A stretch of DNA of 49,779 bases, taken from the NCBI GenBank assembly GCA_030754595.1, contig JASLZZ010000122.1:1-49779 (forward strand). The letters run 5' to 3'. The position numbers and the translations under genes are program-made. Within the stretch, counting starts at the first letter, position 1. Each line of letters starts with the position of its first letter. Under the pieces are notes generated by a model. The model saw only the letters and a list, made by a program, of their open reading frames with translations. It was not told the origin of the DNA and did not search any database. The stretch is from Nitrospinota bacterium. GTDB lineage: Bacteria > UBA8248. Shown here one piece after another: positions 21,034 to 31,993 of this stretch.

Positions 21034-21408
21034 CTAGGCTCTCCCGGCTTTCCTTCGCTGCTCCATCTCGCCCTGAGCCGCCACAGTGAAGCGGGTGTAG
21101 GGAATCACCTCGAGGCGTGTGAAGGGAATGGGTTCGTCCGACTCCTGGCAAATACCGTAGGTGCCATCTTCGATTCGTTTGAAGGCGTCCTCGACCTCCC
21201 GGAGCCGCTCGCGCTCGCGTTCGCCCAGTTCCATCATGACCTGCTTGGAGTAGGTGGCCGCCGCGAGATCGCCGATGTCCTGGGTGCCGTCAGTACCGAT
21301 TTCATTGCTCTGGCGATGAACCGCCTCCACATCCCCCAAAATATCCCGGCGAACTTCATTTAACCGTTCAACAAGCATTTTCATCTCTTTTTTCTTTAAG
21401 TGTTTCAC
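21034..21408 (-). CDS. DksA/TraR family protein
   Basis: DIGD coiled-coil tip; AFKRIEDGTYGIC..SDEPIP..RLEVIP. Confidence 0.88.
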   Translation of the reverse strand: MKHLKKKEMKMLVERLNEVRRDILGDVEAVHRQSNEIGTDGTQDIGDLAAATYSKQVMMELGERERERLREVEDAFKRIEDGTYGICQESDEPIPFTRLEVIPYTRFTVAAQGEMEQRRKAGRA

Positions 21409-21409
21409 G

Positions 21410-21802
21410 TCAAATCCTCAAATTCTGTCGGGTAATCAAATCGGAGGCGGAACTTAAAGCCGTCAGGTCCATCAACGGCGCATGAGACCAAAGGTCTTCC
21501 AGGCGGTAGTAGTCCCGTGTTTTCTCCTCGAAAATATGGATTCCCACGTCCCCGCAGTCCATAAGAACCCAAGTGGCTTCGTTGAGTCCTTCTACGAATA
21601 ACGGCTTCTCGCCGATTTCAATTAACTTCTCCTGGATCGCATCGGCGACCGCCTTAACGTGGCGTGAGCTTGTTCCGTGACAGATAAAAAAAGAGTCCAA
21701 CTCGGACGTGAGGCCCCGAAGATCCAAAACCACCGGGTCGAGGCCCATTTTCGAGTCAACAACGCCGTAAATGATCTGAAGACGCTCGTTCAAATCGATC
21801 AA
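21410..21802 (-). CDS. rsfS: Ribosome silencing factor RsfS
   Basis: LDLRG, GTSSRHV, WVLMDCGD, YYRLEDLW; adjacent to nadD. Confidence 0.93.
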   Translation of the reverse strand: MIDLNERLQIIYGVVDSKMGLDPVVLDLRGLTSELDSFFICHGTSSRHVKAVADAIQEKLIEIGEKPLFVEGLNEATWVLMDCGDVGIHIFEEKTRDYYRLEDLWSHAPLMDLTALSSASDLITRQNLRI

Positions 21803-21902
21803 AACTTTTCCGGTTCCCCTTCGCCGATTAATCTTTTTCTTTAGCCAGAAAATCTGGCCGGAAAATCAAAGCGGCCTACAATACAAACCGCAAGCCGGAA
21901 AA

Positions 21903-22571
21903 TCAAACCGGCCTGCCATACAAACCGCGCCGAATTATAAAGGCTTCAACCGAGGGTGGCAATAAATTTTGAAGCCCCCCTCCCTCCAGCACGATCTCGC
22001 GAATCCGCGTGGCCGAAATGTCCATCGTTTCAACAGAAACAAACTCTGTAACTTTATTAGATTCAATAAGTTGAAATCTATTATCTCGAATTTTCGTAAA
22101 CGTGACCGCGGCCCCGATTTCCCTCAGCCCCCTCTCGACGGCCTCCCTCACACGCTCGGCCCGCTGCTCTCCCCGGAGGGTGACGGCGAAATTCACCATC
22201 TTCAATAGCGTTAGCGGCTCGCGCCATGTGTGGAGCAGCGAGAAAGCATCGGCGCCGATAATAAAGAAAAGCTCGTGGCCCCGGCAGGCCCCCTCCGCCA
22301 ATGCGGAAAGGGTATCGACCGTGTAGGAGACCCCGCCCCGCTCGATCTCGGTGGCGTCGCAGATAAATCCGGGACGCTCCTCCAGGGCGAGGCGAACCAT
22401 CTCCAGCCGATCCTCGGGCGGGGCGATGTCGCCATTGTCCTTGTGGGCGGGCAGCGCGAGGGGAACGAACCTCACCTGCCCGAGGCCGAGCGCCTGGCGC
22501 ACCTCCTCGGCCGGGTGTAGGTGGCCGAAGTGAATCGGGTTGAAGGTTCCCCCTAAAACGCCGGTGCGCAA
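21903..22571 (-). CDS. nadD: Nicotinate-nucleotide adenylyltransferase
   Basis: GGTFNPIHFGH, SYTVDTL, IIGAD, ISATRIR. Confidence 0.96.
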   Translation of the reverse strand: MRTGVLGGTFNPIHFGHLHPAEEVRQALGLGQVRFVPLALPAHKDNGDIAPPEDRLEMVRLALEERPGFICDATEIERGGVSYTVDTLSALAEGACRGHELFFIIGADAFSLLHTWREPLTLLKMVNFAVTLRGEQRAERVREAVERGLREIGAAVTFTKIRDNRFQLIESNKVTEFVSVETMDISATRIREIVLEGGGLQNLLPPSVEAFIIRRGLYGRPV

Positions 22572-22598
22572 TGCTCCCCCGTTGCCCCTTCCCGGGCG

Positions 22599-23747
22599 CT
22601 ACTCCGCCAGCGCCAGATTGTTCCGGTGAATGATTTCGTCATAATCCTTGCTTCCGAGTATCCCGGCGATCTCCCTCGTTTGCTTGCCGGCGATGAGGTT
22701 CACCTGGACAGCGCTGTAGTTGATCAGCCCGCGGCCCAGCGCAACTCCCTCCGAGTTCCGAAGCTCCACCAGATCGCCGAAGCGGAAATCGCCCTCAGCG
22801 CCCACCACCCCGCTGGGCAACAGGCTTTTTCCCCGCTCGACCAGGGCCCGGACCGCCCCGTCGTCGAGGCGGAGCCAGCCCTTCGGGGTCGCCGTCGTAC
22901 CGATCCAGCCCTTTTTCCCTTTCAAGGGGGGGCCGTTCGGTACGAAAAGCGTCCCGACCTCCTCGCCCTCGAAGGCGCGGGCGAGGATACTTGGCGCGCG
23001 GCCCCGGAGGATGAGGGTCGAAATCCCCACCCGGTTGAGCACCTTGATAGCGTTGATCTTCGCCGCCATCCCACCGTGGGCAAGCGGATTCGCGCTCCCC
23101 CCCGCCGCCTTCACCGCGCTCGCGGGCAGCCCCTCGATCCGGCTCAAAAGCCGGGCATCGCCCGGCCCCCTCGGGTCGGCGTCGTAGAGGCCCTCCACAT
23201 CCGAGAGAACGACAACCAGCTCGGCCCGTATCATCTGGGCGACCTGGGCGGCGAGGATATCGTTGTCGCCGAAGCGGAGTTCCTCGATCGAAACGGTGTC
23301 GTTTTCGTTCACGACGGGCATCGCCCCTATCGAGAGGAGTGTCTCGAACGTATTGCAGGTGTTCAGGAAACGCGATCTGACGTCCAGGTCCGTATGCGTC
23401 AAGAGCACCTGGGCCATATCGATGCCCCGGCGCTTGAAGGCGCGGCCGTAGGCCTCCATCAGAATCGGTTGGCCCACGGCGGCCGCGGCCTGCCGGGCCG
23501 GAATGCCGGTCGGGACGGCCTTCATGCCCAGACGCTTGACGCCCGCCGCAATCGCGCCCGAGGAGACGAGGATCACCTCGCGGCGGGCCGCCCGCAACTG
23601 GGCCACCTGGGAGACGATTCGCCCTAAAACCCGGCGGTTCACGCCCTTCTCCTCGGCACCCGTGAGGACCGAACCGCCTACCTTCACAATGATTCTGCGG
23701 CTTCGGAGCGAGGGTTCCCCGCGCCGGTCCCGGATGGCCTTTTTCAT
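22599..23747 (-). CDS. proB: Glutamate 5-kinase (with PUA domain)
   Basis: [39 protein letters not shown]. Confidence 0.96.
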   Translation of the reverse strand: MKKAIRDRRGEPSLRSRRIIVKVGGSVLTGAEEKGVNRRVLGRIVSQVAQLRAARREVILVSSGAIAAGVKRLGMKAVPTGIPARQAAAAVGQPILMEAYGRAFKRRGIDMAQVLLTHTDLDVRSRFLNTCNTFETLLSIGAMPVVNENDTVSIEELRFGDNDILAAQVAQMIRAELVVVLSDVEGLYDADPRGPGDARLLSRIEGLPASAVKAAGGSANPLAHGGMAAKINAIKVLNRVGISTLILRGRAPSILARAFEGEEVGTLFVPNGPPLKGKKGWIGTTATPKGWLRLDDGAVRALVERGKSLLPSGVVGAEGDFRFGDLVELRNSEGVALGRGLINYSAVQVNLIAGKQTREIAGILGSKDYDEIIHRNNLALAE

Positions 23748-24796
23748 GACACCTCCGCTCCCGAGCCGGAGGCGTTCGCCCTCGGGATATCCAACCCGCC
23801 GGCAAGGTGCGTCAGGGCGCGGGAGATGTGGCCGAACAACGGCCGGAGCCCCTCTCCCGTAACCGAGGAAATGCCGATCACATCGTAGCCCCGCAACTCA
23901 AGACCCACCCTGAACTCGCCCGCGTTGTTACGAGCCTCGGTGATATCGAGTTTCGACATCACCGCCAGCCGCGGCTTGCTCGCGAGCGAGGGAGAAAACA
24001 ACTCGAGCTCCCGTGTTATCGCATCCAGATCGGCGAGCGCGCGATCCAGGGGAACGCTCGCATCGACCAGGTGAAGCAGGAGGGAGCACCTATCCACGTG
24101 GCGCAGGAACTGGGCCCCGAGGCCCTTGCCGGAGTGAGCGCCGGGGATAAGGCCCGGAATATCCGCCACCACACAAGATCGATAATCGCCCAAATCAACG
24201 ACGCCCAGATTGGGCTCGAGCGTGGTGAAGGGATAATCCGCGATTTTAGGCCGGCTCGCCGAAATCCGGGAGATAAGGGTGGATTTTCCGGCATTGGGCA
24301 TCCCCACGAGACCGACGTCGGCCAGGAGCTTGAGTTCGATGTCGGCTTCGAGCTCTTCGCCCGGTTTGCCTTTCGTCGTTCTGCGGGGCGCCCGGTTCGT
24401 CGAGCTTTTAAAGTGGTCGTTCCCCAGGCCGCCGCGGCCCCCCGACGCGATGGTAATCTCCTGCTCGTCCTCTGACAAATCGGCGATCACATCGCCAGAT
24501 TCCGCTTCGCGGACAATGGTCCCGATCGGAACGGGAACGAGCAGGTCCTCGCCATCGGCGCCGTGCATACGGCGGCCCATCCCAGCCTGGCCGCTCTTGG
24601 CTCTCAGGTGGGGTTGATGGCGAAAATGAAGAAGGGTGTTGATCGACGAGGTCGCCCTGAAAATGACATGCCCCCCCCGGCCGCCGTCGCCGCCGTCGGG
24701 CCCGCCCTTGGGGATGAACTTCTCGCGGCGGAAACTCAGGCAGCCGTCGCCGCCATCACCTGCCTGGATTTTGAGTTTTGCGGTATCGACAAACAT
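23744..24796 (-). CDS. obgE: GTPase Obg
   Basis: [42 protein letters not shown]. Confidence 0.97.
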   Translation of the reverse strand: MFVDTAKLKIQAGDGGDGCLSFRREKFIPKGGPDGGDGGRGGHVIFRATSSINTLLHFRHQPHLRAKSGQAGMGRRMHGADGEDLLVPVPIGTIVREAESGDVIADLSEDEQEITIASGGRGGLGNDHFKSSTNRAPRRTTKGKPGEELEADIELKLLADVGLVGMPNAGKSTLISRISASRPKIADYPFTTLEPNLGVVDLGDYRSCVVADIPGLIPGAHSGKGLGAQFLRHVDRCSLLLHLVDASVPLDRALADLDAITRELELFSPSLASKPRLAVMSKLDITEARNNAGEFRVGLELRGYDVIGISSVTGEGLRPLFGHISRALTHLAGGLDIPRANASGSGAEVS

Positions 24797-24829
24797 CGAG
24801 GGGCCACGGAGGAGAAAAAGAAAATAAAC

Positions 24830-25087
24830 CTACTCGGCGGGCTCCACACTAACAAACCGGCGAGCCCGCGCCTTGCGCTTGAACTGGACTTTTCCGCTGG
24901 TCTTCGCGAAAAGGGTATGGTCGTTTCCCAGCCCGACGTTCTCGCCGGGATGGAACACCGTGCCCCGCTGGCGAACCAGAATCTCGCCCGCCTTCACGAA
25001 CTGCCCCGCGAAACGCTTCACACCGAGGCGGCGCCCCGCGCTGTCGCGCCCGTTCGACGAGCTGCCGCCTGCTTTTTTATGGGCCAT
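24830..25087 (-). CDS. rpmA: 50S ribosomal protein L27
   Basis: [16 protein letters not shown]...RLGVK...RQRG. Confidence 0.98.
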   Translation of the reverse strand: MAHKKAGGSSSNGRDSAGRRLGVKRFAGQFVKAGEILVRQRGTVFHPGENVGLGNDHTLFAKTSGKVQFKRKARARRFVSVEPAE

Positions 25088-25089
25088 GC

Positions 25090-25410
25090 CTAGTCGCTCC
25101 CTGTGAGGATTTCCGTCACCTCAAGCTCGGTATAATACTGGCGGTGTCCCCGCTTGGTGCGGATATTCTTCCGCCTTTTGAAGCGGAAGGCGTACACCTT
25201 ATCCCCCCGGCCGTGGCCGCGGATCACCGCCTTGACCATCGAGGCATCGAGGGCCGCCTTCTCGGCGACCACATTCTCACCGTCCACAATCAGACGAACA
25301 TCGTCGAGCTCGACCGAATCTCCGACCTCTCCGGAAAGCCGCTCGACCTTCACGGAATCGCCGGTCTCCAATCGAACCTGCTTTCCGCCGGTTTCCACCA
25401 CTGCATACAT
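25090..25410 (-). CDS. rplU: 50S ribosomal protein L21
   Basis: [11 protein letters not shown]...GHRQYYT. Confidence 0.98.
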   Translation of the reverse strand: MYAVVETGGKQVRLETGDSVKVERLSGEVGDSVELDDVRLIVDGENVVAEKAALDASMVKAVIRGHGRGDKVYAFRFKRRKNIRTKRGHRQYYTELEVTEILTGSD

Positions 25411-25493
25411 GAGACGTCATCTCCTGGGCCGGTGGCTCGCCAACCGCCCACCAAAAGGGGCTTTCATTCCTGAACGCGATCCGGATGTCCGGC

Positions 25494-25540
25494 CCCCGGG
25501 ACGGGACCCTCTGGGCTGGGACCCTCCGGGACGGGACCCG
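25494..25540. repeat. Imperfect 15-bp tandem repeat upstream of rplU
   Basis: ccccgggacgggacc / ctctgggctgggacc / ctccgggacgggacc. Confidence 0.7.
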
Positions 25541-25667
25541 GAAAAGCCCATTCTTTTAACAACGTAGCGATGGGTTGTCAATTCGGCTGGATGGAGCGGA
25601 ATTAACTTAAATTCAAGGGGATCGGATTGTCCCCTAAAACCAGGGCCGCCAGGAGACCGCCGGGAGA

Positions 25668-26039
25668 CTATTTCCTCCGCCTCTTTCGAATCAGCCGGAG
25701 AAACACATTGTCCTTCTTAATGGACACCTCCCGCCGCACCGGCAGATAGCCCTTTTTATTCACCACGACGACAAAACCATCGATAAAGTCCCTGACACCG
25801 ACCTTATACTTGAGGGTGAGGGGGGATTTCCCCTGGTAAACGTCCCCGACATAGACATCGGCCCCCGGCGGGTCGGTGGAAACGGTGATCTTGCGGTTGG
25901 TGACGCCCTTCACCTTTTTGGTGACGTTTTTATCCCACCAGGCGCACCCCCCCGCCGAAAGAGCGGCGGCGAGCAAGAGCGCCAAAATAGCGGAGCGGCG
26001 GGCCGCGAAATCACCACGTATTATACTGTTCATCTTCAT
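25668..26039 (-). CDS. PEGA-domain lipoprotein
   Basis: Lipobox-like LSAGGC; VSTDPPGADVYV...GKSP, KKGY PEGA pattern. Confidence 0.8.
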   Translation of the reverse strand: MKMNSIIRGDFAARRSAILALLLAAALSAGGCAWWDKNVTKKVKGVTNRKITVSTDPPGADVYVGDVYQGKSPLTLKYKVGVRDFIDGFVVVVNKKGYLPVRREVSIKKDNVFLRLIRKRRRK

Positions 26040-26096
26040 CCCACGGATAAAATTCAAAATATCCGGCGTCGCCCTTAAAAAAACGCCTGTTCCTTA

Positions 26097-27041
26097 TCAT
26101 TTGTTTTTTTTCGGATCGGCGCCGGGAGGCTGACCAACCGTCTGGCCAACCCATTCCTCGATCATCTCGAGCAGCAAGCCCTGGTCCCCGTCAAACCCGA
26201 AACGCGAAACCGCCAGGCCGTAGACCTCACGCACATGGTTGAGTATGAACATCGTCGCCCCAACCTCCCGCGCCAGGTCGGAGCCCATCGTGAGGTCCTT
26301 GTGCATCAGGCCGACCGTGAATCCAATCGAGAAATCGCGGGGAAGCAAAAAGCGCGACCATTTATCGTGGGTCCCCGAATTCCTTCCCGAGCCGCTGTTC
26401 AGCACGTCGAGCACTTTTTCCGGGTCGAGACCCAGCTTGGCCGCGAAAGCGACGGCCTCCATCGAGGAGAGCAGGTTCGTGGCCGACAGGAAGTTGTTGA
26501 CGCATTTCATGGCGTGGCCCGACTCGACCTCCTCGCCGATATGCACGATGTTTTTTCCCAACACCTCGAATATCGGCATCGCCGCCTCGACCACCTCGGC
26601 CGGGCCGCCCGGCATGATGGCCAACGTCGCGGCCTCGGCCCCGACGACGCCGCCCGAAACCGGCGCGCCCAGCAAGAGGATTTCCCGGCGCGTGAGAAAC
26701 TCGCCCAGCGCCGCCGTCCGGCGGGGAAACGACGAACTCATGTCGATCAGAAGTTTTCCGGGGGCCATGTTCTCCGCCAACCCGCCTTCGGAGAGGACAA
26801 CATCCTCCACGATGTCGCTGTTCGGGAGCATGGTGATGATCACATCGCACCGCCTCCCCATCTCGGCCAGCGTCGCCACCGACTCGACCCCGTCGGGAGC
26901 GACCCGCTCGAGGGCGGCGGGATCGCTATCGAAGCCAAGGACGGTGAAATCCCCCCGGCGAAGATGGCGCGACATCGGCGTACCCATTTTTCCGATGCCG
27001 ATGAATCCGATTGTTGTCCGAGCGGGATGGATAGGCTCCAT
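26097..27041 (-). CDS. NAD(P)-dependent beta-hydroxyacid dehydrogenase (3-hydroxyisobutyrate dehydrogenase-like)
   Basis: GFIGIGKMG, LIDMSS, APVSGG, MKCVNN, MHKDL. Confidence 0.92.
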   Translation of the reverse strand: MEPIHPARTTIGFIGIGKMGTPMSRHLRRGDFTVLGFDSDPAALERVAPDGVESVATLAEMGRRCDVIITMLPNSDIVEDVVLSEGGLAENMAPGKLLIDMSSSFPRRTAALGEFLTRREILLLGAPVSGGVVGAEAATLAIMPGGPAEVVEAAMPIFEVLGKNIVHIGEEVESGHAMKCVNNFLSATNLLSSMEAVAFAAKLGLDPEKVLDVLNSGSGRNSGTHDKWSRFLLPRDFSIGFTVGLMHKDLTMGSDLAREVGATMFILNHVREVYGLAVSRFGFDGDQGLLLEMIEEWVGQTVGQPPGADPKKNK

Positions 27042-27354
27042 GTCACCCCCTTGTGTGTGCGGGAAAAAAGTTCTCGGGATCGGTTGACCCGCGGGCGGCT
27101 TTCCTGTACGCCGTGGCTAGGCCTCGGCTTCCCGCCGAAGCGCAACTTCCCGCCGAAATGATTCACAGACGAATATTCAACCATTTCCATGCGCTTTTTT
27201 AGTACAAATTGGACGCACAGGCCAGCGGCTGCGGAATTTATTCGGCGTCCGGCATCGGGTAGAGTGGGAAACGCAGCGCGGGAGCCCCCAGCTCTGGAGC
27301 CCTCGGGAGCCCGTGGCTGCCCGTTCACCCAACCCGATGAGGCCAAAACCTGAT

Positions 27355-28140
27355 ATGGCGGACACTCCGAATTCCCCCGAAGCTAACGGCTCGGAGCGCG
27401 AGAAGGCGTTTCTGCGCTATGAAGAGAAGGGCGGCTACCACTGGGCGCTCAACTCCAACCACCTCCTGCGGGGAAATGCGTTCGTCCGCGCCCGGTACGC
27501 CAACGCCCTCGAACTCGCCGAGAGAGGCGTCGGCACGGGCGGACTGGGCGGAAAACTCGTCCTCGACCACGGCTGCGGGGACGGGGTGCTCACAGCCATG
27601 CTCGCCCGGCGGGGGGCGCGGGTGCTCGGGCTCGACAACTCCGAGATCGCGCTGCGCTACGCCCTCCAACGCACTGGCGGCCAACGCACCGCCGGCCAAC
27701 GCACCGGCGGCCTGGACACGCACTACCAGGCCGGCGGCGTCTACGATCTCCCCTACCGGAGCGAGGCTTTCGACTGCGTGGTCTCGACCCAGGTGATCGA
27801 GCACATCGCCGAGCCCGGCCGGCTTTTAGGGGAGATTCGCCGCGTCCTCAAAACCGGGGGCCGCGCCGTCATCACCACCCGCATCCGGCTGACCGAAAAA
27901 CCCATCGACCCCACCCACGTCCACGAATGGTTCGAGGAGGAATTCCGGAAAGTCATCGCCGAGGTATTCCCCCGCGCCGAGTACTTTAGGTCCCACCCCG
28001 CTTCGTGGATGGAGACCTCCTACCGCTTCAAGTGGGTGAAGGTGCTCGCAAACCTGCTCTCGGTGGTGCGGAACCCCTACGCGGGCTTTGACTCGGGCTA
28101 CCGGCTCCACGTCATCCAGTACGCCCTCGCTACAAAGTAG
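27355..28140 (+). CDS. Class I SAM-dependent methyltransferase
   Basis: VLDHGCGDG, LPY..EAFD, VIEH, RRVLKTGG; contains a 15-bp x3 repeat (QRTGG/QRTAG/QRTGG) at 27666-27710. Confidence 0.9.
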   Translation: MADTPNSPEANGSEREKAFLRYEEKGGYHWALNSNHLLRGNAFVRARYANALELAERGVGTGGLGGKLVLDHGCGDGVLTAMLARRGARVLGLDNSEIALRYALQRTGGQRTAGQRTGGLDTHYQAGGVYDLPYRSEAFDCVVSTQVIEHIAEPGRLLGEIRRVLKTGGRAVITTRIRLTEKPIDPTHVHEWFEEEFRKVIAEVFPRAEYFRSHPASWMETSYRFKWVKVLANLLSVVRNPYAGFDSGYRLHVIQYALATK

Positions 28141-28328
28141 GAAGCCCCGCCAGTGCCTGCCAGGCCAAGGCCGGCCAGGCTCATGCGCGTGCCTGCCGCC
28201 CGGAATTTTGTTATTCCGCCTGAGCAGTGGTAGTATCCGCCCGCGGAGATTTTCCCTCCATTCCGCTCCCATTCCGCCCACTATCGCCATATTCGTCTCA
28301 GGCCATATTCGTCTCAGGGAGATACCCG

Positions 28329-29108
28329 ATGGTGCCGATCACGGCGGAGCAGGTCGCGAAATTCCTCGAAGAGAACCTCGATTTTTTCCTCGAAAACCCC
28401 GGCCTCGTCGGCACGAGCGGCCTCCTCAAGGAAAAAGACTCGGGACCAAACCTGGTCGATATCCGCACCCGCCTCTTCGAGCGCCTCAACGAGGAGCGCA
28501 TCGAGTTGATGGAACTCCTCGACGAGACGATCGAACTCGTCCGCCAGAACGAGCAAATCGAGGGCGACTTTCTCGCCATCGAAAACCTTCTCTTCGGCGG
28601 CCAGCCTCCGGGAGACATTCTTGGCCAGGTGGCCGAGGAAATTGAGCGGCGCTTCGGGCTCGATCATGTGAGCTTTATGCTCTCGGAGGAGGCGAAGGGG
28701 GCGCTGCCCCGGAAGGCGGATAAGGCGGGCCGCGTCCGGCCATGCCCGGAGGGCGGGGAGCCTCCCCCCGATGAGGTTACACTCGCCGGGGGGCTAGAGG
28801 ATGGCGCGGGCGATCTCTTTCCCGGAAAGGCGCGCACCAAACTCCGTTCGACGGCCCTTGTCCCCCTCCAGGAGAATGGAAGAATTTTCGGGCTGATGCT
28901 CCTGGGTTCGAAGGACCCGGAGCGCTACGTCGCCGGGATGGGGACCCAACTCCTCGAGCGCCTGGCGGTGAGAATGGGGACGGGAATCAACCTTCTCCTA
29001 CGCCTCGCTGGGGAGAACTCGGTTGAAGGCTCGAAACCGGGTTCGAAGGAGAACTCGAAACCGGGCTCGAAATCCAAAAAAAGAAAAAGCGCCCGAAGTT
29101 CCTCCTAA
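28329..29108 (+). CDS. DUF484 (YigA-like) family protein
   Basis: VAKFLEENLDFFLENP, STALVPL, LLGSKDPERY..GMGT.LL. Confidence 0.85.
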   Translation: MVPITAEQVAKFLEENLDFFLENPGLVGTSGLLKEKDSGPNLVDIRTRLFERLNEERIELMELLDETIELVRQNEQIEGDFLAIENLLFGGQPPGDILGQVAEEIERRFGLDHVSFMLSEEAKGALPRKADKAGRVRPCPEGGEPPPDEVTLAGGLEDGAGDLFPGKARTKLRSTALVPLQENGRIFGLMLLGSKDPERYVAGMGTQLLERLAVRMGTGINLLLRLAGENSVEGSKPGSKENSKPGSKSKKRKSARSSS

Positions 29109-29235
29109 AACCGCTCGAGACTTCTCCTGAGACCGCCAGTGGAGCCAAAACCGGAGCGGGAAATCCACAACCGGCCACTAGCGGCAGGCCCGCTGGGCGG
29201 TCGATTCACTGGCAAGCGGCCCGCTAAATATTAAT

Positions 29236-30672
29236 CTAGGCCCGGACGTCCTTGCTGACGGCACCCTCGCCCCTCGACCCGCTGGCGGCCGCCGTCTGCG
29301 ACGCCGCCACCAGCGACATCACTTCCTCGGTGCTCTCCAAGCTCTCGAGCGAGCGCACCCGCTCGACTATTCGCCGCCGCGTCTCCTCGTCCGCCACCGG
29401 CCCCGTCAGGTCGTGGAACCGCTCGATCAACTCCTCCCAGGAGAGCGGATTGCGCGGGTCCCCCTTCGGGTTGTCCTGGTGACCCTCGAAGCTACCCCGC
29501 CGCGTGACGATTTTTACGTGCGACTGCCACTCGCCCGGGAATTTCTTCTCGAGCTCGGGGTCCCCATAGCACTGAATCCGATCGATAATCGACGAGTAGA
29601 CGCGCGAGCGCAGGAAATCGTCCGTGTACTCGTCGAGCCCCGCCTTCCGCCTCAGGAGGGCGACGGCGACGGCGTATTGAAGGCTGAACTGCGCGTCCAC
29701 TACATTTTGCGGGTTCACCTTGATGTCGTTGGGCTCGACAACCACCATCACCGCCGTCTCGGGTACGCGCACCTCGACGCGCGACACCTCCTCGGGCTGG
29801 ATATCGTTTTCGCGGCAAAGGCGGATAACCAGATCCACCGGACCGTGGTTGTAGCGGCAGGTGGCGTAGGGCTTGATCGCCGACTCGCAGATCTCCCAAT
29901 ACTCGCCCAGCCGCTCGGTCACGAACTCGGGATGGGCGTCGTCGCTGAAGGCGTGGAGAAAACCGTACTTCCCCTCGAGAATATCCTCGGGCCCCGTGTA
30001 GCCCTCCTGGGCCAGATAGGCGGCGATGATTCCGCCGTGGGCCGCCCAGCCGGGGTGAAGGCGCTTCGTCCACGAGCCGGTTTCGAGGAACTGCATCGAG
30101 CTGGACGCCTGGCTGCCCGCGATGCCAAAAGCGTTCGAAGTAGCCTCCCGCGAGAGGCCGAGGATCTTCGAGGCCACCAGGGAGGCGGCGAAGGTGCCGC
30201 AGGTGCCCGTGGGGTGAAAACCCCGCTCGTAGTGGCTCGTCGGGTTAAGTGCGTTGCCCACCCGGTTCGTCACCTCGTAGCCGGCGACGATGGACTCGAT
30301 CACCCGCTTGGGGTCGGTGTTGTGCGCCTCGGCGGCAGCCAGGGCGGCCGGCATGACGCTCACCGCCGGGTGAAGACTCGAGCGCGTCGTCACGTCGTCC
30401 ATCTCGATGGCGTGGCCCACGCCTCCGTTCGCCAGCGCGGCGCTCGGCGCGTCGGTTCGAAGCGGGGTCCCGACAACGGTGCACGGGCCTTCCTTGGGCG
30501 CGCGCTTTTTGACGAAATTGTGAAATACCCGCGAGCTTCCGGCCTCGCAGGCCCGGAGCGTCACCCCCAGGTAATCGAGAAGAAAATACTTGGCCCGGTC
30601 GCGGGCCTCCTCGGGAAGGGAGTCGTACCTGATCGCGTGAACATGATCGAGCAACTTTTGCGTGATACCCAT
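29236..30672 (-). CDS. MmgE/PrpD family protein
   Basis: HAIEMDD, SLHP, GFHPTG, KRLHPG, IKPYATCR, AQFS. Confidence 0.93.
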   Translation of the reverse strand: MGITQKLLDHVHAIRYDSLPEEARDRAKYFLLDYLGVTLRACEAGSSRVFHNFVKKRAPKEGPCTVVGTPLRTDAPSAALANGGVGHAIEMDDVTTRSSLHPAVSVMPAALAAAEAHNTDPKRVIESIVAGYEVTNRVGNALNPTSHYERGFHPTGTCGTFAASLVASKILGLSREATSNAFGIAGSQASSSMQFLETGSWTKRLHPGWAAHGGIIAAYLAQEGYTGPEDILEGKYGFLHAFSDDAHPEFVTERLGEYWEICESAIKPYATCRYNHGPVDLVIRLCRENDIQPEEVSRVEVRVPETAVMVVVEPNDIKVNPQNVVDAQFSLQYAVAVALLRRKAGLDEYTDDFLRSRVYSSIIDRIQCYGDPELEKKFPGEWQSHVKIVTRRGSFEGHQDNPKGDPRNPLSWEELIERFHDLTGPVADEETRRRIVERVRSLESLESTEEVMSLVAASQTAAASGSRGEGAVSKDVRA

Positions 30673-30955
30673 CGCGGGGCTCCTTGGGTTAATCATTAGG
30701 GCAATCAATCGATTCGGCAGTCAATCGACTTGGCGAAATGCGGACCGAAGGCGGCCTCCACCGGCCCGCGCGCTCGTGATGATGACCCGGTATTATGCCC
30801 CGAAAAAGGGCGCGCCGGGAAACCCGCCAGCCCCGGGGATTCCATCCCGGGAATTCCATCCCGGAGAATTCTTCCCGGGAAAATCTTGTCAACCGCCGCC
30901 GCGCGGGGGTATGATCGCTCCGCCGCCCGCCGAACCCCCACAACCGAGGCCTCAG

Positions 30956-31300
30956 ATGAGCGACTGCCTGTTTTGCAAAATCGTCGCCGGCGAAATCCCA
31001 TCGGCGAAAGTGTTTGAAGATGAAGAATTTCTCGCCTTCGAGGACATCAGCCCCGCCGCGCCGGTCCATGTCCTCATCATCCCCAAAATCCATCTCGACT
31101 CCATCCACGAGGCCGGCGAGGAACACAAGGAGCTGATCGGCCGGATTCACCTCGCCGCTGGCCGGATAGCCGCCGAGCGCGGGCTGGCCGAGGGCGGCTA
31201 CCGCATCGTCAACAACTGCGGAGCCGACGGCGGGCAAACCGTCCCGCACCTTCACTTTCACCTCCTGGGCGGACGCGCGATGACCTGGCCGCCGGGCTAG
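30956..31300 (+). CDS. Histidine triad nucleotide-binding protein (HinT-like)
   Basis: DCLFCKI, GQTVPHLHFHLLGGR, WPPG. Confidence 0.95.
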   Translation: MSDCLFCKIVAGEIPSAKVFEDEEFLAFEDISPAAPVHVLIIPKIHLDSIHEAGEEHKELIGRIHLAAGRIAAERGLAEGGYRIVNNCGADGGQTVPHLHFHLLGGRAMTWPPG

Positions 31301-31440
31301 CGAGACTCCTCCCGGAGGGGAGGGATCTCCCGGAGGGGGGGGATATCCCCGCACAAGCGCCCACCGGCGGCAATTCGGTGACAACCCGGTGACAGCAAAA
31401 ACGCCCCGGCCGGATGGATATCTCCCGGAGGGAGCGCTCA

Positions 31441-31863
31441 TCAATCGTCCGCCCGGACGCGCCCTCTCGTCTTCTTTTTATCCGAGTGTTCGCGTTTTTC
31501 CCGGAGCCGCCGCTCCTTCGCGCCGCGCGTGGGCTTTGTGGCCGCGCGCCGCTTGGGCGGCCGCGCCACCTCCTCGAGCATCCCCATGAGTTTCGCGAGA
31601 CAATCGGCCACGTTGCGCCCCTGATCGCGGAACCGCTGGCTGGTCAGGACCAGCTCGCCCTCTCCCGTGATGCGGCGGCGAAATTTCACTAAAAATCGCT
31701 CGCGTACATCCCCGGGCAGCGACGCGGACCCCGCGACGCGCCAGCGAAGCGTGGCCTTCGTGTTCACCTTGTTGACGTTCTGGCCGCCCGCGCCCGAGCT
31801 TCGCGCGAACCGGAAATGAAACTCGCGGAGGGGAATCCTGATCCGGCTGTTCACCTCGAGCAT
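31441..31863 (-). CDS. arfB: Alternative ribosome rescue factor ArfB
   Basis: RSSGAGGQNVNKV, R.Q.RN, TKPT...RRL..K basic tail. Confidence 0.95.
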   Translation of the reverse strand: MLEVNSRIRIPLREFHFRFARSSGAGGQNVNKVNTKATLRWRVAGSASLPGDVRERFLVKFRRRITGEGELVLTSQRFRDQGRNVADCLAKLMGMLEEVARPPKRRAATKPTRGAKERRLREKREHSDKKKTRGRVRADD

Positions 31864-31993
31864 GGGGGACCTCCCTCCTGGGAAACTTCGAGGGTGAATA
31901 CTTTATTCAAAGGCGAATATTTGAAAAGGGAAAGATAACAGGTTCGGGAAACTTGAAAAGCCGCCGACTTGAAAAACCCGGATGGCCGCCGGT

